Assembly (NCBI RefSeq): GCF_036321535.1 | Contig: NC_087437.1 | Coordinates: forward strand, 69,442,001 to 69,506,000 | Direction of reading: 5' to 3' | DNA: 64,000 nucleotides | Source of the DNA: Camelus dromedarius | Taxonomy: Eukaryota | Part shown: one piece after another, positions 63,984 through 64,000 of the stretch | Position numbering within the stretch: position 1 is the first letter of the stretch | Layout: the number at the start of each line of letters is the position of its first letter | Notes under the pieces: generated by a model | What the model saw: the letters and a program-made list of their open reading frames with translations, nothing else | What the model was told of the DNA's origin: nothing | Databases searched by the model: none | Translations under genes and position numbers: made by a program

Positions 63984-64000
63984 AACCAAAGTGAGTTTAT

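Noticed and set aside
1..64000. CRISPR arrays, operons, tRNA/rRNA genes or other prokaryote-like systems
   Set aside because: Mammalian intronic DNA; no repeat-spacer periodicity or structured RNA gene was recognisable

Overview
This is AT-rich, CpG-depleted mammalian genomic DNA, almost entirely intronic. The only supported coding sequence is one 233-bp internal exon of LSAMP (limbic system-associated membrane protein, IgLON family) at 53860-54092 on the + strand, encoding most of the first Ig domain with canonical splice sites. The rest is interspersed repeats (young and old L1, HAL1, L2, CR1/L3, MIR, MaLR/ERVL/ERV1 solo LTRs, MER5/MER20/Tigger DNA elements), microsatellites and a few repeat-free, homeodomain-motif-rich blocks that may be enhancers. 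The L1 3' ends look cetartiodactyl, and I saw no bovid, pig or whale SINEs, so a camelid host is my inference. I found no supportable new multi-gene system. The best leads are an ancient L2 endonuclease-region remnant, a possible intronic polyadenylation route after the LSAMP exon, a non-tandem templated duplication inside an old L1, and clustered quasi-palindromes. Repeat family names come from recalled consensus motifs, not a database search. Boundaries of old repeats are approximate.
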